Shown: positions 1 to 7,971 of the stretch, piece after piece
Position numbering within the stretch: position 1 is the first letter of the stretch
Layout: the number at the start of each line of letters is the position of its first letter
Source: Bacteriovoracaceae bacterium
GTDB taxonomy: Bacteria; Bdellovibrionota; Bacteriovoracia; Bacteriovoracales; Bacteriovoracaceae
Direction of reading: 5' to 3'
NCBI GenBank assembly: GCA_041586955.1
Contig: JBFGZE010000058.1
Location: forward strand, 1-21,958
DNA: 21,958 bases
Made by a program: the position numbers and the translations under genes
The notes under the pieces: model-generated
The model's input: the letters and a program-made list of their open reading frames with translations, nothing else
The model's database searches: none
What the model was told of the DNA's origin: nothing

Positions 1-173
1 GACTCCGTCTTCGCAAAAGACAAAAGCAAAACGAAAAAGGTCAAAAGAAGTGTCACGAGATCTGAAAATGTTGCCATCCATGCCGGAAGGCCGGGAGCAC
101 ATGGCGGGCATTTTACGGGCGCATCACCTACACTGCCACCGCCATCAATTCCTTCTTGAGCATCATCTGCCAT
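1..173 (-). CDS. motB: Flagellar stator protein MotB/PomB, N-terminal part (runs off the left edge)
   Basis: Not in the ORF track. Hand translation from ATG at 173: MADDAQEGIDGGGSVGDAPVKCPPCAPGLPAWMATFSDLVTLLLTFFVLLLSFAKTE. This has the MotB TM motif W-x-x-T-F-x-D-L. AGGAG RBS 7 nt upstream; directly downstream of motA. Confidence 0.95.
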   Translation of the reverse strand, partial: MADDAQEGIDGGGSVGDAPVKCPPCAPGLPAWMATFSDLVTLLLTFFVLLLSFAKTE

Positions 174-200
174 AATAGGACTCCTTCCCTAATGGAATAA

Positions 201-974
201 TTACTCTTCTTCGCCACCACCACCATCAACTTCGCGTTCTGAGGGAGGTAAAAAGGCATTGAGTTTTTCTTTAATAAGACGTGGATTTTCCCCCGCAACA
301 ATCCCCAAAGTACCAGCAATAATAATGGTCATCTTGAGCATTTCTTGTTTAGAGCGAAAGGAAATTTTACTTTTCATAGGATTACAAAAAATATTGGCGA
401 TACAAGCACCATAAAAAGTCGTCAAAAGTGCAACGGCCATGGCCGGACCAATTGCCGCCTGATCCGAAAGGTTCCCAAGCATGATCACCAGACCAATAAG
501 TGTCCCAATCATTCCGAAAGCAGGGCCATCATCGGCCATACCACCTAAAACATCTTGACCAATTTTATGGCGCTCCTCCATTGCATCAATTTCTAATTGC
601 AATATAGAACTGATCACTTCCGGCGGTCTATTATCTGCGGCCAAGGTCATGGCCTTTTTCATAAAAGTATCGTCAATTGGTTGCTTCTCAAGTGCAAAGA
701 TAGATTCTCGCCTAGCGGTCTCGGCCAGTTTCCCAATCTCTTCGATAGTCTCTTTAGCATCTGAAGGCGTGAAAAATAAACTTTTCATCGCAAAAGCTGA
801 AACCTTCATTACAACTTCTAGCGGCCATTTAATAAATGTACAACCAATCACCCCGACACCCACAACAATTAATGAGGGGGTATCCACAAAGGCCATCATA
901 TCCCCACCAACGAGAATAGATCCGATAACAGCTGACATACATAAGACAAGGCCAATAATAGTGGCTATATCCAT
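201..974 (-). CDS. motA: Flagellar stator protein MotA/PomA
   Basis: 257 aa. MDIATIIG start, ARRESIFALE, PAFGMIGTLIGLVIML, GPAMAVALLTTFYG and GENPRLI motifs; followed by motB. Confidence 0.96.
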   Translation of the reverse strand: MDIATIIGLVLCMSAVIGSILVGGDMMAFVDTPSLIVVGVGVIGCTFIKWPLEVVMKVSAFAMKSLFFTPSDAKETIEEIGKLAETARRESIFALEKQPIDDTFMKKAMTLAADNRPPEVISSILQLEIDAMEERHKIGQDVLGGMADDGPAFGMIGTLIGLVIMLGNLSDQAAIGPAMAVALLTTFYGACIANIFCNPMKSKISFRSKQEMLKMTIIIAGTLGIVAGENPRLIKEKLNAFLPPSEREVDGGGGEEE

Positions 975-1016
975 AAGTCCTTCCTTAGTCCTTAAAAAAT
1001 AAATTTTTCAATATCC

Positions 1017-1043
1017 AAATCGACATTTGAGACAAAAACTTTA
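1017..1043 (-). promoter_or_regulatory. Sigma28 (FliA)-type promoter for motAB
   Basis: Minus strand TAAAGTTT-N11-GTCGATTT versus consensus TAAAGTTT-N11-GCCGATAA (TAAA-N15 spacing exact), about 40 nt upstream of the motA ATG. Confidence 0.75.
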
Positions 1044-1196
1044 ATGAATAGGCATAGAGGATAGTTTGAAGCCGGAAAGAATTGCCCACCGGCCCTTTTC
1101 CTATTGAGTACCATATTTGAAAGATTCGTGAATGACCTTCTAAATAAGAGATTTTCCCATAAATACTAGATCACCCAGGTCAGAAAACAGTTTTAA

Positions 1197-1225
1197 TTTA
1201 AATTAATCTAAAACTCTTCTATAAT
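1197..1225 (+). promoter_or_regulatory. Putative sigma70 promoter for the HDOD-MBL operon
   Basis: TTTAAA (1197-1202)-N17-TATAAT (1220-1225), 25 nt upstream of ATG 1251. The AT-rich context lowers specificity. Confidence 0.45.
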
Positions 1226-1250
1226 TAAAGCTTAAAAAGGAAAATTTTTA

Positions 1251-2177
1251 ATGTCTGAACAATCTGACAAATATAAAAATGAGTTGACCGCCTTAAAGTC
1301 TTTTATGGACAATATGCCGGCCTTTTCTCCTGCGACAAAAAAACTCATAGAGCTCTCCAATAATCTTGATGCGTCCCCAAAAGATATTGTGAAAGCAATT
1401 CGTATGGACCCAGTTTTAACCGGCCGAGTTTTTGAGATAATCAATTCATCTTATTATGGGTTACCCGATAAAGTTACAAGCCTTAACCGCGCCGTTGTTT
1501 ATATGGGTATTAACACCATTAAAAATATTGCCCTCAGCGCCACAATGACTGGAGCTCTTAGTACTAAGAATCAAGAAATAATACAAATGATTCGCCCCCT
1601 ATGGCGCCATTCCCTGGCAACAGGTGTTGTCGCCAAAACGATGGCCAAATCGCTCGACGTTGAAAAAAGTATGATCGAAGAGTATTTTATTGCCGGCCTT
1701 CTTCATGAAATAGGAAAAATTATTCTTATTCAATGCTTCTTTAATTACGAAACTCCCTATAATAAACGATTAACAATGGCCGAAGAAAGGGAGCGCTACG
1801 GCCTTGGCCATAATGAAATTGCTCATGCGATTCTTCATAAATGGAACTTTGGAGAGGAATTGGCCTACCCTCTCTCTCATAGTCACCATCCAGAAGGTGA
1901 TTGTAAAATGGGATATATCCTTCATGTCGCCAATTATATGACCTATAAAATGGGTCTCAATGAGGCCAATGACAGAGATCAAACTCCCGATGAAGAAACG
2001 GAAACAGATTCCGTCGACGAAGAGCAACCTCTTAAGTCACCATCAAAAGACGATTATATTCCAAACCTAGTAAAAAATGCATGGGATGAATTAGGAATTA
2101 GTGAAAAAGAATTAGAAAAAGTTCTTGAAGGTGCTCCACGAGAAATTGAAAAGGCAGAGGCCTTTCTAAAAGTTTAA
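1251..2177 (+). CDS. HDOD domain-containing signalling protein
   Basis: MPAFS..., DPVLTGRVFEIINSSYYG, VTSLNRAVVYMG, LWRHSLATG, AGLLHEIGK, ERERYGLGHNEIA..ILHKWNF: typical HDOD motif series. Confidence 0.92.
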   Translation: MSEQSDKYKNELTALKSFMDNMPAFSPATKKLIELSNNLDASPKDIVKAIRMDPVLTGRVFEIINSSYYGLPDKVTSLNRAVVYMGINTIKNIALSATMTGALSTKNQEIIQMIRPLWRHSLATGVVAKTMAKSLDVEKSMIEEYFIAGLLHEIGKIILIQCFFNYETPYNKRLTMAEERERYGLGHNEIAHAILHKWNFGEELAYPLSHSHHPEGDCKMGYILHVANYMTYKMGLNEANDRDQTPDEETETDSVDEEQPLKSPSKDDYIPNLVKNAWDELGISEKELEKVLEGAPREIEKAEAFLKV

Positions 2178-2192
2178 TTATCGGAGATATAA

Positions 2193-3095
2193 ATGAAAGT
2201 AAAATTTTGGGGCGTAAGAGGCTCCATTCCAACACCCGGGCCCAGTACTGCAATATACGGAGGCAATACGTCTTGCTATGAAGTGGAAGATGATGATGGC
2301 AATATCTTTATCTTTGATGCAGGGACCGGTATTCGGGAATGTGGCCAAAGTTTGGCCGCCCGCCAAGTTAAAGAGATTCATTTATTTATCTCACATACTC
2401 ATTGGGATCATATTCAAGGTTTTCCCTTCTTTGTCCCCTCCTATATTCCTGGCGTCAAAATTAATATTTATGGCCCCACTCATTTTGAAAAATCTCTTCG
2501 AAAAATCATGGACCTGCAAATGGACTATGCTTATTTCCCCATCAGTCGACAACAATTAAACGCAGAAATTGATTTTAAAGACCTCAAAGAAGAAACCATC
2601 AAAATTGGTAATACTGAAATCATTACCAAATACTCAAATCACCCGGTCACCTCTTTATGCTATAAAATCGTCTCTAATGGTAAAACCGTGGTCTACTCTG
2701 GCGATAATGAACCTTATTATAATGTACTGGTCAATGAAGGTGACGATGACGATAGCGAGGATGATGATTTTGAAGATGGTATCGAAGATGAGGATATGGA
2801 CGCAATTGTCGCAGAAAGAAATCAACTGCACAGAGATTTTTGTAAGTCCGACCTTCTTATTCATGATGCCCAATATACAGTGGCCGAATACCCAAAGTTC
2901 AAAGGTTGGGGTCACTCCCCCATGGAACTCGTTATTGCCTTTTCCAAAGTTCAAAGAGTTAAAAAATTATTTTTAACCCATCATGAACCGACACGTAACG
3001 ACGAGGCAATGGAAGAAATAGAAAAACGCTTACAAGCGGCGAATGAGGGATTTGATCTTCAGTTTACAAGAGAAGGTATGGAAGTCGAGGTTTAG
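2193..3095 (+). CDS. MBL-fold metallo-hydrolase (ElaC/cyclic-nucleotide phosphodiesterase-like subgroup)
   Basis: FWGVRGSIPTPG...YGGNTSC, FDAGTG, SHTHWDHIQG (HxHxDH), NHP, GDNE, LIHDAQY, GWGHS, THHEP motifs. Confidence 0.93.
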   Translation: MKVKFWGVRGSIPTPGPSTAIYGGNTSCYEVEDDDGNIFIFDAGTGIRECGQSLAARQVKEIHLFISHTHWDHIQGFPFFVPSYIPGVKINIYGPTHFEKSLRKIMDLQMDYAYFPISRQQLNAEIDFKDLKEETIKIGNTEIITKYSNHPVTSLCYKIVSNGKTVVYSGDNEPYYNVLVNEGDDDDSEDDDFEDGIEDEDMDAIVAERNQLHRDFCKSDLLIHDAQYTVAEYPKFKGWGHSPMELVIAFSKVQRVKKLFLTHHEPTRNDEAMEEIEKRLQAANEGFDLQFTREGMEVEV

Positions 3096-3096
3096 G

Positions 3097-3128
3097 AAAA
3101 ATGGCCCTCTCGATCCTAAGAGGGCCAT
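3097..3128. terminator. Intrinsic terminator hairpin between convergent genes
   Basis: Perfect 10-bp stem ATGGCCCTCT (3101-3110)/AGAGGGCCAT (3119-3128) with 8-nt loop. The A-tract at 3097-3100 gives a U-tail on the minus strand. Confidence 0.8.
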
Positions 3129-3145
3129 ATCAACTTTTAATCGTC

Positions 3146-3385
3146 TTACTGACCAACTTCTAAGTCACCTTCTATGAACTTAGTACTATGCTCGAGGAAA
3201 TTAATCATAGACGCCCTAAGCTCTTCCATTGTTAAGGTGTCATCTTCAAGCAATAATTCTTTTTTGATAAAATCAACTGGGAAACCAGTCAGTTCAGAGA
3301 GGGAAGAAATTGACACCCGATCACCACTATCGGGCAAAGAACTCCCCTGAGTCTTATGGTTATTATTTGTTGTTCCAACCACCAT
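3146..3385 (-). CDS. Small hypothetical protein (79 aa), helical C-terminal half
   Basis: Start reassigned to ATG 3385 because AAAGGAG lies 8 nt upstream. Has its own promoter candidate upstream and a terminator downstream. Core LSELTGFPVDFIKKELLL. Confidence 0.8.
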   Translation of the reverse strand: MVVGTTNNNHKTQGSSLPDSGDRVSISSLSELTGFPVDFIKKELLLEDDTLTMEELRASMINFLEHSTKFIEGDLEVGQ

Positions 3386-3459
3386 GGAAAACACTCCTTT
3401 GTACACTCGATTATTTGTGTGTCTCTCAAATCGAGGTCACCATTCCCTGTGACGCATAA

Positions 3460-3489
3460 AGCGTATCTAACCCTACTTCACCATGTCAA
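3460..3489 (-). promoter_or_regulatory. Sigma70-type promoter for the 79-aa gene
   Basis: Perfect TTGACA (3489-3484)-N18-TACGCT (3465-3460) on the minus strand. Confidence 0.6.
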
Positions 3490-3678
3490 CGAAGGGCGAG
3501 TAAAATAATTTCCAATGTAAGCATTTATTAGAATACTTAACACTAAACTTTTATTATTTTATTAACCTTTTGCCTCGGTTTATCGAAAGTAAAAAGTCCT
3601 CATAATCACGCTGTAAAAAGTCCAAATGCTCGATCCCCATTAATGGAAAGCATCTAAAAAAATTCGCGATGATACTTT

Positions 3679-4854
3679 TCAACCTTTAAAAAAGCTCTCT
3701 GTTTTAAGAATCATTTCCGCATATTCATCTTCAAGCGAGCTTTGTAGAGTGATCCCCCCACCGGCACCGTACTTAAAAAAAGAGTTCTTATGCTGAAACT
3801 CTCCAGAGCGGATATTGATAGAAGCGGCCGCGATATGACGGAATTGGATGTACGTCGAGCCACAATAAAACCCGCGGTTTCTTTTTTCAATTTCCCTTAT
3901 AAGCTCACAAACTCTTTTCTTAGGGGCCCCAGTAATAGAGCCCCCAGGAAAAAGCGAGGCCATCACCTCTCCGAGAGAGTGCTCTCGCTTTAAGGGCGTC
4001 GTGATAAGAGAATATTGGTGGAGAATGTCAGGAACGATGAGAGGGGCCTTTAAACGCCTGACTTGTGCCCATGAACCACTCAGATGAGTGAGGTCATTGC
4101 GCAATAAATCAGTAATCATCAATAGCTCCGCCTCATTTTTTGAGCAATGAATAAGCTCATTCCACGCTTCTTTGAAATGGGCATGATTTTTCAAGCGGAC
4201 TGTACCTTTGATCGGCATCGATGATAACCAATATGAACCGTCGGCCTTTTCTAGCTGAAAAAGACATTCCGGAGAATTGCTTACAAAAGAGCGTTCCAAT
4301 GCCTGAATATAAGTAATATTGCCGTAAGCACCACGCTTGCCTTTCTGCTCCCACAATAGCCGTGGCCAATCCCAAGGGTCGAGGACTTCTTGCCCGCGAT
4401 AAGAAAATTCCGCCGTTAAATTAATCTGATAACAATCTCCTGCTGATAGATGCTCCTGTACCTTTTTAAAGGCCTTCTCATAATCAACTTTTGAAGGAAA
4501 TTTCTCACATGTCCATTTAACTTTCGGCCTTTTAGCAAAATTAAGAGTTTGAAGATAAGTCGCGCGCTCATACTGGAGTCTTATCGCTAAGGGTCTGCCC
4601 ACTTCCTTGTGACCATTGCCCATTTCATAGAAAAAGATCCACACCACAGGCCTAATGCTATTAAGATGAACCTGTGATTGGGACAAGGCCTGGTTTAAAG
4701 TTGCTGTTTCAGGTTCCCCCTTTAAACAATCAGAGGAACCATCACGCTCGAACCATTGATGGATGGACGAAGGTTTATCAAAACAATAAAATCCCTTGCC
4801 GTAAGGAATGAGGGTATAGGTTCTATCCTCTTTGCGGTGCAGGAGGTCCTCCAT
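3679..4854 (-). CDS. pabB: Chorismate-binding enzyme, aminodeoxychorismate synthase component I-like
   Basis: GDCYQINL, SPECLF, PIKGT, KNEAELLMITDLLRNDL, FPGGSITGAPK, RGFYCGS, INIRS, YGAGGGIT motifs. PIKGT plus KxxAE favours PabB over TrpE. Start moved to ATG 4854; the track's extra 54 aa lie deep inside dnaB. Confidence 0.85.
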   Translation of the reverse strand: MEDLLHRKEDRTYTLIPYGKGFYCFDKPSSIHQWFERDGSSDCLKGEPETATLNQALSQSQVHLNSIRPVVWIFFYEMGNGHKEVGRPLAIRLQYERATYLQTLNFAKRPKVKWTCEKFPSKVDYEKAFKKVQEHLSAGDCYQINLTAEFSYRGQEVLDPWDWPRLLWEQKGKRGAYGNITYIQALERSFVSNSPECLFQLEKADGSYWLSSMPIKGTVRLKNHAHFKEAWNELIHCSKNEAELLMITDLLRNDLTHLSGSWAQVRRLKAPLIVPDILHQYSLITTPLKREHSLGEVMASLFPGGSITGAPKKRVCELIREIEKRNRGFYCGSTYIQFRHIAAASINIRSGEFQHKNSFFKYGAGGGITLQSSLEDEYAEMILKTESFFKG

Positions 4855-6196
4855 CACGAGGGTTATCGGCGTATGTGAGGTTTTCAAAACTAGTATGAGC
4901 GCCAACCCATGCCAATTTGGCCGTCCCCGTTTCACCAGATCGGTTTTTACCAACGATAATTTCAGCGACACCAGGCTCTTTGGAATCCGGGTTATAATAA
5001 TCATCACGATAAACAAACATCACGATATCCGCATCCTGCTCGATCGCACCTGATTCCCGAAGGTCTGCGGTGTTAGGCCTTTTATTGGGCCGTGATTCAA
5101 CACCACGGTTTAACTGAGAAAGAGCAACCACTGGGCATTGTAACTCTTTGGCCATGGACTTAAGGCCCCGACTCATTTCAGAAATTTGCTGTTCCCTAGA
5201 GGGGTTCTTGGTATGTGAATTCATGAGCTGAAGGTAATCAATGACGATCATCCCTAGGCCATGCTCGGCCTTAATTTTCCGGCATTGTGATTGAATATCC
5301 AAAATAGTGGAATCGCCGGAATCATTAATAAAAATGGGGAAAGAAGATAGCTCAGAAACAGCTGAGGCCAAACTGCGTAAATCGGTATCAAGAAAGTTCT
5401 TCATTCTCATGCGTTTTGAATCAACCTTGGCCCGACTGGAAAGAAGTCTGGAACTTAATTCTTTGGCCAACATCTCCATTGAGAAAACGGCGATAGGAAG
5501 ACCTGTTGCTTCACAAGAATTGACCGCCATATTGAGGGCCAAGGATGTTTTCCCCATGGCCGGTCTGGCGGCAAGAATAATTAATTGTCCGGCCTGCATT
5601 CCAAGGAGTAATTTATCAAGTTCAGGATAACCAGTGGTTAATCCTTGGATTTCTCCAGGCTTACGAGTGGAGTCCTCTAGTTCTTTTAAATTTTCGCGCA
5701 AGCAGGAATTAAGCTTTAGCATTTTCCCAGACTTGGCCTCATTGGTTAGATTGAAAAAGCTCGACTCCACCTCTTGAATGAAATCCTCAACTTTTCCATT
5801 ATATTGAAAGCCCCAATCTGTAATTCGCATGGCCGTTTTCACGATCTCGCGCATTGAGGCCTTATCTTTTACAATTTTAGCGTAATGATAAATATTGGCG
5901 GAACTGGCCTGGTCTTCTACGATTTCTGTTAAGAATTCGGTGCCTCCTAATTGTTCCAATTTGCCAACTTCGTTAAGACGGGCGGCCAAAGTAATATAAT
6001 CGACTGGCTGATTGGCACCAGCGATATCGGAGATAGCATCATAAACCATCCCATATTGGGGATGAAAAAAGTCTTCAGCTGTTAATTTCAAATCAGAGAT
6101 ATCATCAAATGATTGACCATCAATCATAAGGCAACCGATTAATGATTTTTCGGATAAAAGATCGTGCGGGAGTTCTTTAAACTTGGCTTCCGTCAT
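4823..6196 (-). CDS. dnaB: Replicative DNA helicase
   Basis: LPHD..SEKSLIG N-terminus, Walker A AARPAMGKT, IVIDYLQL, ALSQLNRGVESR..KRP..ADLRESGAIEQDAD, KNRSGETG. Confidence 0.99.
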   Translation of the reverse strand: MTEAKFKELPHDLLSEKSLIGCLMIDGQSFDDISDLKLTAEDFFHPQYGMVYDAISDIAGANQPVDYITLAARLNEVGKLEQLGGTEFLTEIVEDQASSANIYHYAKIVKDKASMREIVKTAMRITDWGFQYNGKVEDFIQEVESSFFNLTNEAKSGKMLKLNSCLRENLKELEDSTRKPGEIQGLTTGYPELDKLLLGMQAGQLIILAARPAMGKTSLALNMAVNSCEATGLPIAVFSMEMLAKELSSRLLSSRAKVDSKRMRMKNFLDTDLRSLASAVSELSSFPIFINDSGDSTILDIQSQCRKIKAEHGLGMIVIDYLQLMNSHTKNPSREQQISEMSRGLKSMAKELQCPVVALSQLNRGVESRPNKRPNTADLRESGAIEQDADIVMFVYRDDYYNPDSKEPGVAEIIVGKNRSGETGTAKLAWVGAHTSFENLTYADNPRDGGPPAPQRG

Positions 6197-6219
6197 GGTC
6201 GTCCTTCATGTCGTAGGAT

Positions 6220-6258
6220 AAAAAAAAAGACCTCTCCCTCATACAAGAGGAAGAGATC
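6220..6258 (-). terminator. Rho-independent terminator after rplI
   Basis: Minus-strand RNA GAUCUCUUCCUC-UUGUAU-GAGGGAGAGGUC (12-bp stem with two G-U pairs) followed by U9. Confidence 0.88.
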
Positions 6259-6278
6259 CATTTTTCTTTTTTAAAAAA

Positions 6279-6899
6279 TTAGCTTCTAAGTAACTTGTCT
6301 GCTTCAATTTTTAGCTTTTCATCATCAGTTAATTCCTTAACTTCAGTTTCCTCAGCTACAACCTCTTCAGTTTCACCAGCATCAGCTTTCGCTTTTTTCT
6401 CAGCGGCCTTTTGCTCAGCGAGCTCTTGCTTTTTCTTCATTTCTTCAGCTTGCTTAGGATCGATTTCAACATTTACTTTAAAAGTCGCTTCCACGTCTTT
6501 AAAAAGTTTTGCTTTGACTTCGTAAGATCCAATGCTTTTGATTGGAGTTTCGATGACAATAAGACGTCTCTCAACGTCAATCCCTTTCTTACCAAGCTCT
6601 TTGGCCAGTTCAGTGTTTGTTACTGTACCAAAAAGGCGACCACTGGCCCCTACTTTCTTAACGAGAGTAAGAGTAATGTTGCTCATTTTAGCAGCAGCAC
6701 TTTCAGCACTAGCTTTTTGCTCAGAAACTTTTTTTGCTAATTGTTTTTGGTAATGAGCGATCTGCTTCTTATTACCTTCGTCTGCAAGAACAGCAAATTT
6801 ATTTGGTATCAAATAATTTCTACCGTAGCCTGCTGAGACATTCAAAATTTCGCCTACATTCCCTAACGCGGGAACTTTTTCGGTTAGAATGACCTTCAT
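6279..6899 (-). CDS. rplI: 50S ribosomal protein L9 with charged C-terminal extension
   Basis: MKVILTEKVPALGNVGEILNVSAGYGRNYLIP, GRLFGTVT, PIKSIGSYEV; usual position before dnaB. Confidence 0.98.
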   Translation of the reverse strand: MKVILTEKVPALGNVGEILNVSAGYGRNYLIPNKFAVLADEGNKKQIAHYQKQLAKKVSEQKASAESAAAKMSNITLTLVKKVGASGRLFGTVTNTELAKELGKKGIDVERRLIVIETPIKSIGSYEVKAKLFKDVEATFKVNVEIDPKQAEEMKKKQELAEQKAAEKKAKADAGETEEVVAEETEVKELTDDEKLKIEADKLLRS

Positions 6900-7954
6900 G
6901 ATAGATCTCCTTCATTATCTTTTTTTATAAATAATCTTCTAAAATTAATCCATGTATCAAATACGCCAACGATGGCCAAAACTTGCCAGCCAAAAAAGAT
7001 GCCGAATACCAGAAAGACATTGCGAAAAAATCCACTAAACCCAAGATGTCTTAAAAAATCAAGAAAGATACCAAACCCTTGAATGAAGTAAAATACTCCC
7101 AAGAAGAAAAGTATATTTCGACCGATAACTTCTGCCATTTCCATTTTAAGGGAATCGCCTCCTAATATTAGGGTTAAGCCTATTATTACAAACCAAATCC
7201 AAAAATGGGGCATACGAAATGAAGTATAATGCTTCAAGCCGAACGGGTAAAAGTTAAACTGCCGCCAAATCAAAGAATTGCGTAAAACAAGGAAAATTGA
7301 TGTCCATGCTGTAATAACAATTCCAGTAAAGAGTGTGGCAGGCAAAAAGGTCATAATTTTCTGCACTAATAACTCAGGTTTTTCGATAAAATCACGCAAT
7401 TGCCGTCCTAGGTCACCTCCACTACTTAACGCATCGGAGCTTTGACTTTTAAGTGCTGCAAGAGTGGGAGTTACTAAATCCAAGATATGGGACTCAACTG
7501 ACTTCCCAGTAACCATAACAGTAAGAGCAATTAGAGCAACCATAAAAACGGTAATCCCTAAACTAATAACCACCAATCCACGGATTGGAGGGAGCTCTCG
7601 TTTAACCATCTCTCGCACACCAAAAGCATAAAACCATGCCATCACAAAAACGGATGTGGACCATTCAAATTGACTTCCGGGAAATTGAAATATGAGAACA
7701 ACCAAAGCTGTCACAAATCCAAGACCCATAAGGACCATTTTCAATGGGCCATAAAGCAATAATCCAATTGCTAAAGGTACGGGGGCAAAAACGGACAGAA
7801 ACGGGGACAAAGCACCAAAACTACATAATACAAGAGACATAATGCCTAAAAACAGCATTCTCCCGATTGTCAGTTGGCTTCGGATTTCGGCACCAGCGGT
7901 ACGCCAATCATGTAGGCCTTCTAATGGTTTATCATTCGTTTCTTTTGTCATCAT
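6896..7954 (-). CDS. DUF2232 (YybS-like) membrane protein
   Basis: Multi-TM protein with FAPVPLA, YFIQGFGI and VGVFDTWINFRR motifs. Sits between rpsR and rplI as usual for this family; ATGA overlap with rplI. Confidence 0.85.
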   Translation of the reverse strand: MMTKETNDKPLEGLHDWRTAGAEIRSQLTIGRMLFLGIMSLVLCSFGALSPFLSVFAPVPLAIGLLLYGPLKMVLMGLGFVTALVVLIFQFPGSQFEWSTSVFVMAWFYAFGVREMVKRELPPIRGLVVISLGITVFMVALIALTVMVTGKSVESHILDLVTPTLAALKSQSSDALSSGGDLGRQLRDFIEKPELLVQKIMTFLPATLFTGIVITAWTSIFLVLRNSLIWRQFNFYPFGLKHYTSFRMPHFWIWFVIIGLTLILGGDSLKMEMAEVIGRNILFFLGVFYFIQGFGIFLDFLRHLGFSGFFRNVFLVFGIFFGWQVLAIVGVFDTWINFRRLFIKKDNEGDLS

Positions 7955-7971
7955 TTTCCTAGCGACTCGCC

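Noticed and set aside
128..319. 63-aa minus-strand ORF in the track
   Set aside because: Out-of-frame overlap of the motA end and motB start; the real gene is motB from 173.
4855..5016. 54-aa N-terminal extension of the pabB-like ORF
   Set aside because: Lies inside conserved dnaB motifs in another frame; ATG 4854 is more plausible.
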